Shown: positions 15,396 through 23,393 of the stretch, piece after piece | Numbering within the stretch: the stretch's first letter is position 1 | Layout: each line of letters starts with the position of its first letter | Origin: Candidatus Dojkabacteria bacterium UBA5232 | GTDB taxonomy: Bacteria; Patescibacteriota; Dojkabacteria; SC72 | DNA length: 35,896 nucleotides | Reading direction: 5' to 3' | Assembly: GCA_002409215.1 (NCBI GenBank) | Contig: DHUO01000006.1 | Span: forward strand, 2,419 to 38,314 | Notes under the pieces: model-generated | The model's input: only the letters and a program-made list of their open reading frames with translations | Told to the model about the DNA's origin: nothing | The model's database searches: none | Position numbers and translations under genes: made by a program

Positions 15396-16499
15396 ATGTC
15401 CATATTCAGAAAGAGAAAAGATGTTAAAAAAACAGGCTTTACAAAAGTCTACATGCCTCTTAAAAAAAAGGTTCCTCACAAAGTTTTAAGAAAGAAGAAA
15501 AGAACACTCTTTGGACATAATAACAAACCTCTCAGAAGAAGAGCTTTCGATGCTGAGAAGTTTAAAAGAAGTTTAGTGATTGGTTTGGGAATACTATTTG
15601 GTATCGGTTTTCTATATCTTTCTATAATCTTCATTATTAATCTTAGAAAACAGAAACCTGTTGAAGTTATTACAGAGAATGTTGTTGGATTAATAGATAT
15701 TCCTGCTTTCCCAGGTTCAAGCTTCTTATTTGAAAATGATACCGAAAACACAGCAGTATCAGCATTCATTAGCTCTGGCGCATCTGCATATAAGATCCCA
15801 AATAAAAAGAGTATTGAAGATGTTTATGAATTTTATCAAGAACAACTGCCTGATAAAGGATGGTCATTCATAATATTAGCCCCCATTGCTTCAGAGAGTA
15901 TGGAAAGTGGACAGTATTGGGTGAAAGAAAGTACAGGTCTAAGAATATATACAAAACATAGAGATGTCTGGTACGAAACAATTACTAAAGAACAGGCAGA
16001 GAGCGGTTTGGCTGACAGAGTAAAAAAACGTGTTGAAAGAGATTTACTATTAACAAATGAGGACGCTCAAGATTTGCTTCCCGACTTTCCGTGGTTACTC
16101 AAAGTCCCGAGAGAGTATGTTATTAGCTATACAGTAGCTCCATATGAGAATATGAGGACATTAGTAATGAAAAAACTTGGTTCCGAAGAGAAGCTTTTAT
16201 TACTTCCAATAGATAAGTATCATGGGAAAGGATTGGATTATTACCTAGACAGGTATGTTGAGTACAGAAATAAAGAGGGGGAGGAAGCTTGTGGTATTAA
16301 GAGAACAACTATTGCATACGCACCCTATTCATCTGTTGTAAGAGGTGAGGTCTCTTGTAATAATGGTCTGCATGATGTAGCAGTCATTGTTAATCCAAAT
16401 ATAGGGATAGTTTATATATTGGATAGTAACCTAGCACAAAATCCGTATTTTGATGAAGTATTAAAAAATCTCCAACCCCAAGACTCTAGACGTTATTAA
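15396..16499 (+). CDS. hypothetical single-pass membrane protein with highly basic cytoplasmic N-terminal tail
   Basis: 367-aa ORF. The first ~60 aa are very Lys/Arg-rich, followed by the TM helix LVIGLGILFGIGFLYLSIIFII and a large C-terminal domain of unknown family. Confidence 0.5.
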   Translation: MSIFRKRKDVKKTGFTKVYMPLKKKVPHKVLRKKKRTLFGHNNKPLRRRAFDAEKFKRSLVIGLGILFGIGFLYLSIIFIINLRKQKPVEVITENVVGLIDIPAFPGSSFLFENDTENTAVSAFISSGASAYKIPNKKSIEDVYEFYQEQLPDKGWSFIILAPIASESMESGQYWVKESTGLRIYTKHRDVWYETITKEQAESGLADRVKKRVERDLLLTNEDAQDLLPDFPWLLKVPREYVISYTVAPYENMRTLVMKKLGSEEKLLLLPIDKYHGKGLDYYLDRYVEYRNKEGEEACGIKRTTIAYAPYSSVVRGEVSCNNGLHDVAVIVNPNIGIVYILDSNLAQNPYFDEVLKNLQPQDSRRY

Positions 16500-17958
16500 A
16501 ATACTCGAAAACCAACCTGCTTATTTTCTTATTATGCAAAACAGAGTCAATATCTTCTTGTGAGGCCTTTTTGATATTCTCAATACTTCCAAATGTTTTC
16601 AGAAGTTTATTCCTACTCTTCTCCCCCACCCCTACTATTTCATCAAGCTCTGAGGTTTTTGCTGTTTTTGCTCTTGCTTTCCTGTGGTGAAGAATTGCAA
16701 ATCTGTGAGCTTCATCTCGAAGATCTATTAACAGACCTTTATTCTGTATTTCAATATTCATACTCTCTCCATTCTCCCTGTTTAGATACCAAAACTCATC
16801 TAACAGTTTGGCTCCTCTTTTTCTGTATTTCCTGCCTTTCGTTATACCTAGAACACATATTTCTTTTGGGATATGGGGATTTACTACTGAAAGTTGAGCC
16901 TTACCTCCATCAATTAGTAATATCTCTGGCTCTAGTTCGTATTTTTTAATATGTTTTGAATCAAATCTTCTTTGCATAACCTCCTTTAACATATGCATAT
17001 CGTTTGGAGTGTCTAATTCCCTTATCTTAAACACCCTATACTGACTTCTTAGAATCTCTCCGTTTTGTGCTACTACCATGGAGCCGTAGGCATCCTTCCC
17101 CTGTATATTTGATATGTCATAACACTCTATTCTTTTTAATTTTTTCAAACCTAACTCAATTTTGAGGTCTTGAAAGTTCTCGTACAGCAACTTCTTTCTT
17201 CTTTTCACATACGTTTCAGCAGTATCTGTATATTCAAAATCTATTTTCTCTCCGAGATATTTCAAATCATTAATCTTATCTCTAAGTTCAGCTGCTTTTT
17301 CATAAAGTTTCTTTTTAGAGTATTGCCTCATTTTAACTTCAAGTTTTGCTATTTGCCCCCTTTTTCTTCCTTGTAGGAATTTGCGTATTTCATTGATATT
17401 TTTTCTATACTCCCTCTCCGATATATGTCCTTGGTATGGCCCTGGACAGAGTCCTAGGTGATAGTACATACACTCTCTGCTTCTAGTTCTTTCTTTGCAT
17501 GTGCAGAATGGGTGTAGTTTTCTCAGGTATGTGAAAACCCTTCTTGCCGAATGAGTGTTGGGATATGGACCAAAAAGTTCACCTTTTTGTAATTCTTTGT
17601 TGGTAATGCTCCTTGTTATTTTAACTGTCGGGAATTTTTCTTTTGTAGATAGATATATCCATGCGTATGATTTGTCATCTTTTAGTTCACTGTTGTATTT
17701 TGGTTTTAGTTCTTTAATTAGGGCTGATTCTAGTACTAGAGATTCTATCTCGTTATTTGTTTCTTCTACTTCGATTTTGGAGATAAAAGGGATCATTCTT
17801 TTTACATATGGTCTGTCGTAGAGAGTGTCGTTGAAGTATGATTTAACCCTGTTTCTTAGATTTAGGGCTTTACCTACGTAAAGGATTTTGTTGTTTTTGT
17901 CATAGAACTTGTATACCCCTGGTTTAAGGGGAAGTAGTTCTAGTTCGTTAAGGTTCAT
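16486..17958 (-). CDS. uvrC: excinuclease ABC subunit C (short form, 490 aa)
   Basis: GIY-YIG N-terminus (GVYKFYDKNNKILYVGKALNLRNRVKSYF), a Cys-rich segment, a UVR domain (YEKAAELRDKINDLKYL), the endonuclease region RIECYDISNIQG and a C-terminal HhH (VGVGEKSRNKLLKTFGSIENI). Confidence 0.9.
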   Translation of the reverse strand: MNLNELELLPLKPGVYKFYDKNNKILYVGKALNLRNRVKSYFNDTLYDRPYVKRMIPFISKIEVEETNNEIESLVLESALIKELKPKYNSELKDDKSYAWIYLSTKEKFPTVKITRSITNKELQKGELFGPYPNTHSARRVFTYLRKLHPFCTCKERTRSRECMYYHLGLCPGPYQGHISEREYRKNINEIRKFLQGRKRGQIAKLEVKMRQYSKKKLYEKAAELRDKINDLKYLGEKIDFEYTDTAETYVKRRKKLLYENFQDLKIELGLKKLKRIECYDISNIQGKDAYGSMVVAQNGEILRSQYRVFKIRELDTPNDMHMLKEVMQRRFDSKHIKKYELEPEILLIDGGKAQLSVVNPHIPKEICVLGITKGRKYRKRGAKLLDEFWYLNRENGESMNIEIQNKGLLIDLRDEAHRFAILHHRKARAKTAKTSELDEIVGVGEKSRNKLLKTFGSIENIKKASQEDIDSVLHNKKISRLVFEYFNNV

Positions 17959-17963
17959 GATTG

Positions 17964-17969
17964 ATTATA
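17964..17969 (-). promoter_or_regulatory. -10 box TATAAT 5 nt upstream of the uvrC ATG
   Basis: The minus strand reads ctgTATAAT-caatc-ATG. It lies 7 nt outside repeat copy B. Confidence 0.4.
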
Positions 17970-17976
17970 CAGTATG

Positions 17977-18185
17977 AGGCCTTGCCTAGGCCTGGCCTTC
18001 GTACAGAACTTTTTCATAAAGGGAGAGTTTGTATCTTTCTGAGAACCTTTCTTTAGCTACACCTTGCCACCCCTGTTCCTGCAAAGAGTACATGCTACCA
18101 AAACCAAGGGTTAGGAAACCTTTTGAGGTATGCACATCCAAAAGATGAACAGATTCTTAACAAGGGGCAGACCTAGGCCAGACCT
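17977..18185 (-). repeat. copy B of the ~205-nt element (inverted relative to copy A)
   Basis: The reverse complement aligns with 1454-1658. Identical blocks are 18154-18177 and 18104-18125, and 17985-18014 matches 29/30. It fills the dnaE-uvrC spacer. Confidence 0.7.
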
Positions 18186-18187
18186 AT

Positions 18188-21100
18188 CTAAACCGCAAAG
18201 ACATTCATCCATTCCCTAGTTTCATCATTGAGAGGTATTGTTTTTTTGAGCTGTACTACCTTGTTTTTACTCCCATCGTTAACAACTATCCTAACAAGTG
18301 TATCACCTTCTGAGTTAGCAATATATTTCTTTAATTGGGAAATCTCCTCCTGTGTGTGTTCTGGAGCTATTCTAAATGTAATACCCTCAAATACCTCTGT
18401 ATGCTTAGAAAGGTCTATCATTTTAGCTTTTTCTACGATAACACTCTTCTCCCCATCCCTAACATTAAGCTTACCAACAAGTAGTACTGCAGAACCCTCT
18501 TTGATAGTCCCTTTCAACTCTTGATATGTTCGTGGAAAAACCACAGCATCTGTTTTTGCAGTCTTATCTTCTATGCTTAAAAAGGCCATCATCTCACCCT
18601 TCTTTGTTGTAATCCTTCTGATTTTTGTAACCATAACTCCAAGAACAAGCAAATCATGATTCTTCTTTTCTGTAAGAGCCTCCTCTAACGTTATGACACC
18701 TTTGGAGAGGAAAAGATCTTGAAGATTGTCTAGAGGGTGACTGGAGAAATACAAACCTAAAAGTTCTTTCTCCCACTGTGGGATAAGGTTACGATCGGAT
18801 TCCTCATCTTTAATGAGTGGAGTTGCAACAATTCTTGTCTTCCCCTCTTCATCTTGCCCAAGGGAGAAGAAGTCAAACTGTCCTATACTTGTTGATTTTC
18901 TATTATCCTTCTCTTTTTCATATACTATTGGGAATGTTTTTATTAAATCTAACCTATCTCCAAAAGAGTCCATGGCTCCTGACATAATTAGATACTCTAT
19001 GGCTTTCTTACCAACACTTTCATACACCCTATGTACAAAATCATCTAAGTTTGAGTACTCACCATCCTCTTCCCTTTCTTTAATAATGGTTTTAACAAGC
19101 TCTCCTCCTACATTTTTTATCCCTCCCAAACCAAACCTGATACTATCTGTACCTTCTGCGTTAAAGTAGTAACCACTCTTATTTATATCAGGAGGTAAAA
19201 CATTAATTCCCAGTCTTTTACACTCTTTAAGATCTAAGATTACCCTATCAAACTTATCTACATCTCCTTCTAGAAGTGCTGCCATATATTCTAATGGGTA
19301 GTTCGCTTTAAGGTATGCTGTCCAGTATGCAATCATCGCATACGATGCACTATGTGCTTTATTAAAACCGTAGTTTGCGAACTGTATTAGTTTATCCCAC
19401 AACTTTTCAACCTTATCTTTATCAAAACCTTTTTCGATAGCACCGTTTACAAATGCAGGTTTTTCCTTTTCCATAACGTCTAACTTCTTTTTACCCATTG
19501 CTCTTCTTAGAACATCTGCTTTTCCTAGGGAATAGCCAGCTATTATCTGAGCAATTTTCATAACCTGCTCTTGATATGTTATAACTCCTCTTGTGACTGA
19601 TAGAACAGATTCTAGTTCATCAAAGATATAGTCTGGTTCCTGTTTGCCTTTCTTTACTGCCTGATACTCTGTAATGTACTGCATTGGTCCCGGTCGATAT
19701 GCTGCAATTATATAGCAGATATCTTCTAAACTTTCGGGCTCAAGTGTCCTAATCGTTCTTTTCATTCCCTCGCTTTCCATTTGAAAAATCCCTACTGTAT
19801 GACCTGATTTAATTAAGGAGAATGTGGCTTTGTCATATGCATCAATATTTCGTAGATCTACTTTCTCCCCTCTACTCCTTTCAATCTTCTTAAGTGCTGC
19901 ACCTATCACATGAAGATTTCTTAAGCCAAGAAAGTCGTATTTCATTAATCCTAGTGGCTCTATATCAAACATTTCGTACTGTGTCATACCTATACCCTCT
20001 CCATGAGCATCTCTTTGTATTGGGCAGTACTCAACAACTGGTTCTGGAGTAATGATTACACCACAAGCATGGGTAGACACCCCTCTGCATAATCCTGCTA
20101 CTTTTCTAACAATATTGGCTAAGTGTTTTGTTTCTTCTGAAGAATTAATTATATCTGCAAATTCCGGATTATGTTCAATCATGTAGTCTATATCTTTTGA
20201 TTTACCAAAAACAATCTCAACCATTTTAGAAAGTGTATCAGCTGTCTTAAGGTCAATGCCTATTACCCTTGCAACATCTCTAATCGCCTGGCGAGTTTGG
20301 AGCTTGCTAAACGTCCCTATCTGCTTTACATTATCTAAGCCGTATTTATCAATGGCGTATTGAATTACTTCATCCCTTCTTTTATCTGCAATATCAATAT
20401 CAAAGTCTGGCGGACTTGGTCTTTCCGGATTAAGGAAGCGCTCGAAGTACAGCTCCCAAGAGATTGGTTCTATGACAGTGATATCTGTTGCATACGCTAC
20501 TACCGAACCACATCCAGAACCTCTCATTCCCACAACAATATCATTATCCCTACAAAACTTTATGAAGTCCCTAACAACTAAAAAGTAGTCATCGTAACCC
20601 TTCTCGTGTATTAAGTCTAATTCATAGTCCAGACGCTTCATTAATTCATCATCAACTTTTTCATACTTCTCTTTTACCCCTTCATAAGCTAATTTCTTCA
20701 GGTATGTTCTTGCTGTTTCCCCTTCTGGAAGATCTAGGAACTTTGTTTCGACTCTTTCAAAGGTAATATCGTACTCCTCTATCTGGTCAGATATCTTCTG
20801 AGTATTCTCTATTGCTTCTGGAATATCGCTAAACAGCTCCTTCATCTGCTCTGAAGTCTTTACATAGAATTCATTGGTAGGCATCCTTCTCCTGTCTGGA
20901 TTATCCATAGTGTACCCATCTGAAATACACCAAAGTATTTCTTGGATTTCCGAATCTTCTTTATTCAGATAGTGGGAATCACATGTAGCTACAAGTGGTA
21001 GCTTTAATTCTTTTGCTATTTTAATTAACCCTTCATTAACCATGTTCTGCTCCTCCATCCCGTTTCTCTGAATCTCGATATAGAAGTTGTCTTTGAAAAG

Positions 21101-21586
21101 CTTGGAGTATTGTTGCGCTCTCTCTAAAGCTGTTTTCTCATCATTATTCAAAAGTGGTTGTGCAACTGGTCCTGCTAAACATGCAGAAAGTGCTATTAGC
21201 CCCTCTGTGTGTTTAGAAAGGGTCTCGATATCAATCCTGGGACGATAGTAGAAGCCTTCCATATGAGCAATGGAAACAATTTTGACTAGATTTTTGTAAC
21301 CTTGAAGATTCTTGGCAAGAAGTATTAGGTGAAAATAGTTGTTATCTATCCCATACTCTTTCTGATCCATAGATCTTGGAGCTACATAAACCTCACAGCC
21401 AATTATTGGCTTAAGTCCTTCTGCTTTCATCGCACTCTGGAACTTATAAACTCCGTACATGTTTCCATGGTCTGTAATTGCACACGATTTCATACCATTC
21501 TCTTTTAGTTTTTCAATCAAACTTGGTATTCTAATCGCAGCATCCAGTAGGGAGTACTCTGTATGTAAGTGTAAATGACTAAACAT
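18188..21586 (-). CDS. dnaE: DNA polymerase III alpha subunit
   Basis: PHP domain (FSHLHLHTEYSLLDAAIRI), polymerase core (GYSLGKADVLRRAMGKKK, FNKAHSASYA) and an OB fold. The listed ORF starts at TTG 21598, but ATG 21586 gives the usual MFSHLHxHT start. Confidence 0.93.
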   Translation of the reverse strand: MFSHLHLHTEYSLLDAAIRIPSLIEKLKENGMKSCAITDHGNMYGVYKFQSAMKAEGLKPIIGCEVYVAPRSMDQKEYGIDNNYFHLILLAKNLQGYKNLVKIVSIAHMEGFYYRPRIDIETLSKHTEGLIALSACLAGPVAQPLLNNDEKTALERAQQYSKLFKDNFYIEIQRNGMEEQNMVNEGLIKIAKELKLPLVATCDSHYLNKEDSEIQEILWCISDGYTMDNPDRRRMPTNEFYVKTSEQMKELFSDIPEAIENTQKISDQIEEYDITFERVETKFLDLPEGETARTYLKKLAYEGVKEKYEKVDDELMKRLDYELDLIHEKGYDDYFLVVRDFIKFCRDNDIVVGMRGSGCGSVVAYATDITVIEPISWELYFERFLNPERPSPPDFDIDIADKRRDEVIQYAIDKYGLDNVKQIGTFSKLQTRQAIRDVARVIGIDLKTADTLSKMVEIVFGKSKDIDYMIEHNPEFADIINSSEETKHLANIVRKVAGLCRGVSTHACGVIITPEPVVEYCPIQRDAHGEGIGMTQYEMFDIEPLGLMKYDFLGLRNLHVIGAALKKIERSRGEKVDLRNIDAYDKATFSLIKSGHTVGIFQMESEGMKRTIRTLEPESLEDICYIIAAYRPGPMQYITEYQAVKKGKQEPDYIFDELESVLSVTRGVITYQEQVMKIAQIIAGYSLGKADVLRRAMGKKKLDVMEKEKPAFVNGAIEKGFDKDKVEKLWDKLIQFANYGFNKAHSASYAMIAYWTAYLKANYPLEYMAALLEGDVDKFDRVILDLKECKRLGINVLPPDINKSGYYFNAEGTDSIRFGLGGIKNVGGELVKTIIKEREEDGEYSNLDDFVHRVYESVGKKAIEYLIMSGAMDSFGDRLDLIKTFPIVYEKEKDNRKSTSIGQFDFFSLGQDEEGKTRIVATPLIKDEESDRNLIPQWEKELLGLYFSSHPLDNLQDLFLSKGVITLEEALTEKKNHDLLVLGVMVTKIRRITTKKGEMMAFLSIEDKTAKTDAVVFPRTYQELKGTIKEGSAVLLVGKLNVRDGEKSVIVEKAKMIDLSKHTEVFEGITFRIAPEHTQEEISQLKKYIANSEGDTLVRIVVNDGSKNKVVQLKKTIPLNDETREWMNVFAV

Positions 21587-21600
21587 ATTTTGCCCCAATC

Positions 21601-21609
21601 TGCTATACT
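21601..21609 (+). promoter_or_regulatory. extended -10 (TGCTATACT) 6 nt upstream of ATG 21616
   Basis: TGCTATACT-gatatt-ATG. Confidence 0.4.
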
Positions 21610-21615
21610 GATATT

Positions 21616-22341
21616 ATGTCAGAAATTACTGAGAATCAAGATGAGTTTATTTCAATTGATTTAAGCCGAATAGTTGGCTCTAATATTTTTAGAGTTACAA
21701 CTATCCTCTGTTTCTTCATTCTGTATTACATCTTCATATCACCAAAAGTTGAGGTTTTCTTGACTCAGCAAATAGCTCAAAGTATGAGGGTAAGGGCAAG
21801 TGAACCTGTTAATGTGCTTTCTCCTGTTTTTGATATTTACTCCACATCCAAAGAGTATAATCTTGCTACATACAATCCTAAAAGCAGTACGATATCTAAA
21901 ACAAAATTCTTTACTGTGGACCCAAGAGTTATTGCTATGAATAAATTTCTAACAGATTATCACTCTCCTATGGCAAACAATGCGGAAACTTTTGTAAGAG
22001 AGGCAGACAAGTATGGGCTAGATTGGAGATTAATTGCTTCAATATCTGGTGTGGAGTCTGCTTTTGGGAATCTCATACCTGCGGGAACAAACAATGGCTG
22101 GGGATGGAGAGGAATTAATGGTAATGAGAGAGGATGGAGTATATTTGAAAGTTGGGAGAGTGCAATAATTCATATAACTGAAAGACTCTCGTTAGGGTAC
22201 GGTACTAACTTAACTCCTTTTGAAATAGAGCCTACATACTGTCCCCCCTGTGGTGCTAATCCTGAACACGCTTGGGCCAATGGAGTAACCAGATTTATGG
22301 GACAGTTACAGTACTATTTAGATAATTTAGAAAAAATGTAG
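21616..22341 (+). CDS. membrane-anchored lytic-transglycosylase-like protein (MltB/SLT_2-type motif)
   Basis: 241-aa ORF with an N-terminal TM helix and LIASISGVESAFG, which resembles the catalytic-Glu motif (G.ES.FG) of the MltB family. Confidence 0.45.
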   Translation: MSEITENQDEFISIDLSRIVGSNIFRVTTILCFFILYYIFISPKVEVFLTQQIAQSMRVRASEPVNVLSPVFDIYSTSKEYNLATYNPKSSTISKTKFFTVDPRVIAMNKFLTDYHSPMANNAETFVREADKYGLDWRLIASISGVESAFGNLIPAGTNNGWGWRGINGNERGWSIFESWESAIIHITERLSLGYGTNLTPFEIEPTYCPPCGANPEHAWANGVTRFMGQLQYYLDNLEKM

Positions 22342-22342
22342 A

Positions 22343-22636
22343 ATGATTAAACTACTTGTAAGAATAGGATATTTTATTTCCATCATTATCCAAGCAACCT
22401 TAGGTATTAGGATTATACTTGTAGGAATAAATGCCCAAAGTAGCTCTAATGAATTGGTTAAATGGATTATGACAAAGACCGATTTCCTTATTGCGCCATT
22501 CAAAGGAATTGTCGACAGTACAATACATATCAGTAATATCAAAATACCCACAGTACTACTTGTAGCACTAATATTCTATATCATTGTTGGGATTGTCCTT
22601 TCTGAACTACTCAAGTCATACAGAGAAAATGACTAG
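22343..22636 (+). CDS. YggT-family small membrane protein
   Basis: 97 aa, two TM helices flanking a TD.LI.PFKG motif, comparable to YggT/YlmG. Confidence 0.45.
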   Translation: MIKLLVRIGYFISIIIQATLGIRIILVGINAQSSSNELVKWIMTKTDFLIAPFKGIVDSTIHISNIKIPTVLLVALIFYIIVGIVLSELLKSYREND

Positions 22637-22644
22637 ACAGGGTG

Positions 22645-22653
22645 TGGTATAAT
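22645..22653 (+). promoter_or_regulatory. extended -10 (TGGTATAAT) 5 nt upstream of ATG 22659
   Basis: TGGTATAAT-acttc-ATG. Confidence 0.45.
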
Positions 22654-22658
22654 ACTTC

Positions 22659-23393
22659 ATGGCAAAGATAGATTTAAGAGGAGTGTTAGGTCTTTCAGTA
22701 ATCTATGAAGGTGACGATCTAACCTTAAAAGATACTGAATATAAAGAAAAACTGATTGTTTCGATTGATGATGTTAGGGAGCAATTATTAAACAAGGAAC
22801 TAGATTGTCCAGAAGTTTTCTACACCAAATACAAACAGCTTGATACAAAGAATCTCTTTACTTCCAAGAAACTAAAGCTAAATATATATACAATGAAGTC
22901 TAATCTGGCGGGAATAGAGTATGTAAAAACAAGAGCTACTAGGTGTGGTAAATATCCAAGAATCTTTGAAGTACTCTACGGTAGTGCTACCATACTAATC
23001 CAAAGATATAAATCTGCCAAGGAAAATAGGATTATCAAAATCCAAGCTAAGAAAGGTGACAAAGTCATTGTCCCTGCTGGGTATGATTTTGTCGCTACAA
23101 ACCCAAGACAAAGCTCTACTTTGATATTAGCTGAAGTTATGAGTATAAAGGCTTCACCAAGAGTTACTCTTGATGATAACAATGGAATAGCTTATTATGT
23201 AATAAGAAAAAATGCCAAACAAGAAATTGTTAGAAATCCTAATTACAAGATAGTTAATGAATTGGAAAAGGTTGATATGCAAAGTATAGTTAAGGATTAC
23301 GGCATAACTCCGAAGACAGCGATAACAAAACAGGTTATAAGAAAATATGAGAAATTTGACTGGTTATTTAAAGAAGACTCTGTTAGCTATTAG
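22659..23393 (+). CDS. cupin-type phosphoglucose-isomerase-like protein with degenerate metal site
   Basis: 244-aa ORF. Its pattern PEVFYTKY...AGIEYVKTRATRCG...IFEVLYGSATILIQ...GDKVIVPAGYDFVATN...NPNYK is collinear with archaeal cupin PGI (TKGHFH...EVY...G...PP.WAHR..N), but the His ligands are replaced. Alignment is from memory. Confidence 0.4.
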   Translation: MAKIDLRGVLGLSVIYEGDDLTLKDTEYKEKLIVSIDDVREQLLNKELDCPEVFYTKYKQLDTKNLFTSKKLKLNIYTMKSNLAGIEYVKTRATRCGKYPRIFEVLYGSATILIQRYKSAKENRIIKIQAKKGDKVIVPAGYDFVATNPRQSSTLILAEVMSIKASPRVTLDDNNGIAYYVIRKNAKQEIVRNPNYKIVNELEKVDMQSIVKDYGITPKTAITKQVIRKYEKFDWLFKEDSVSY

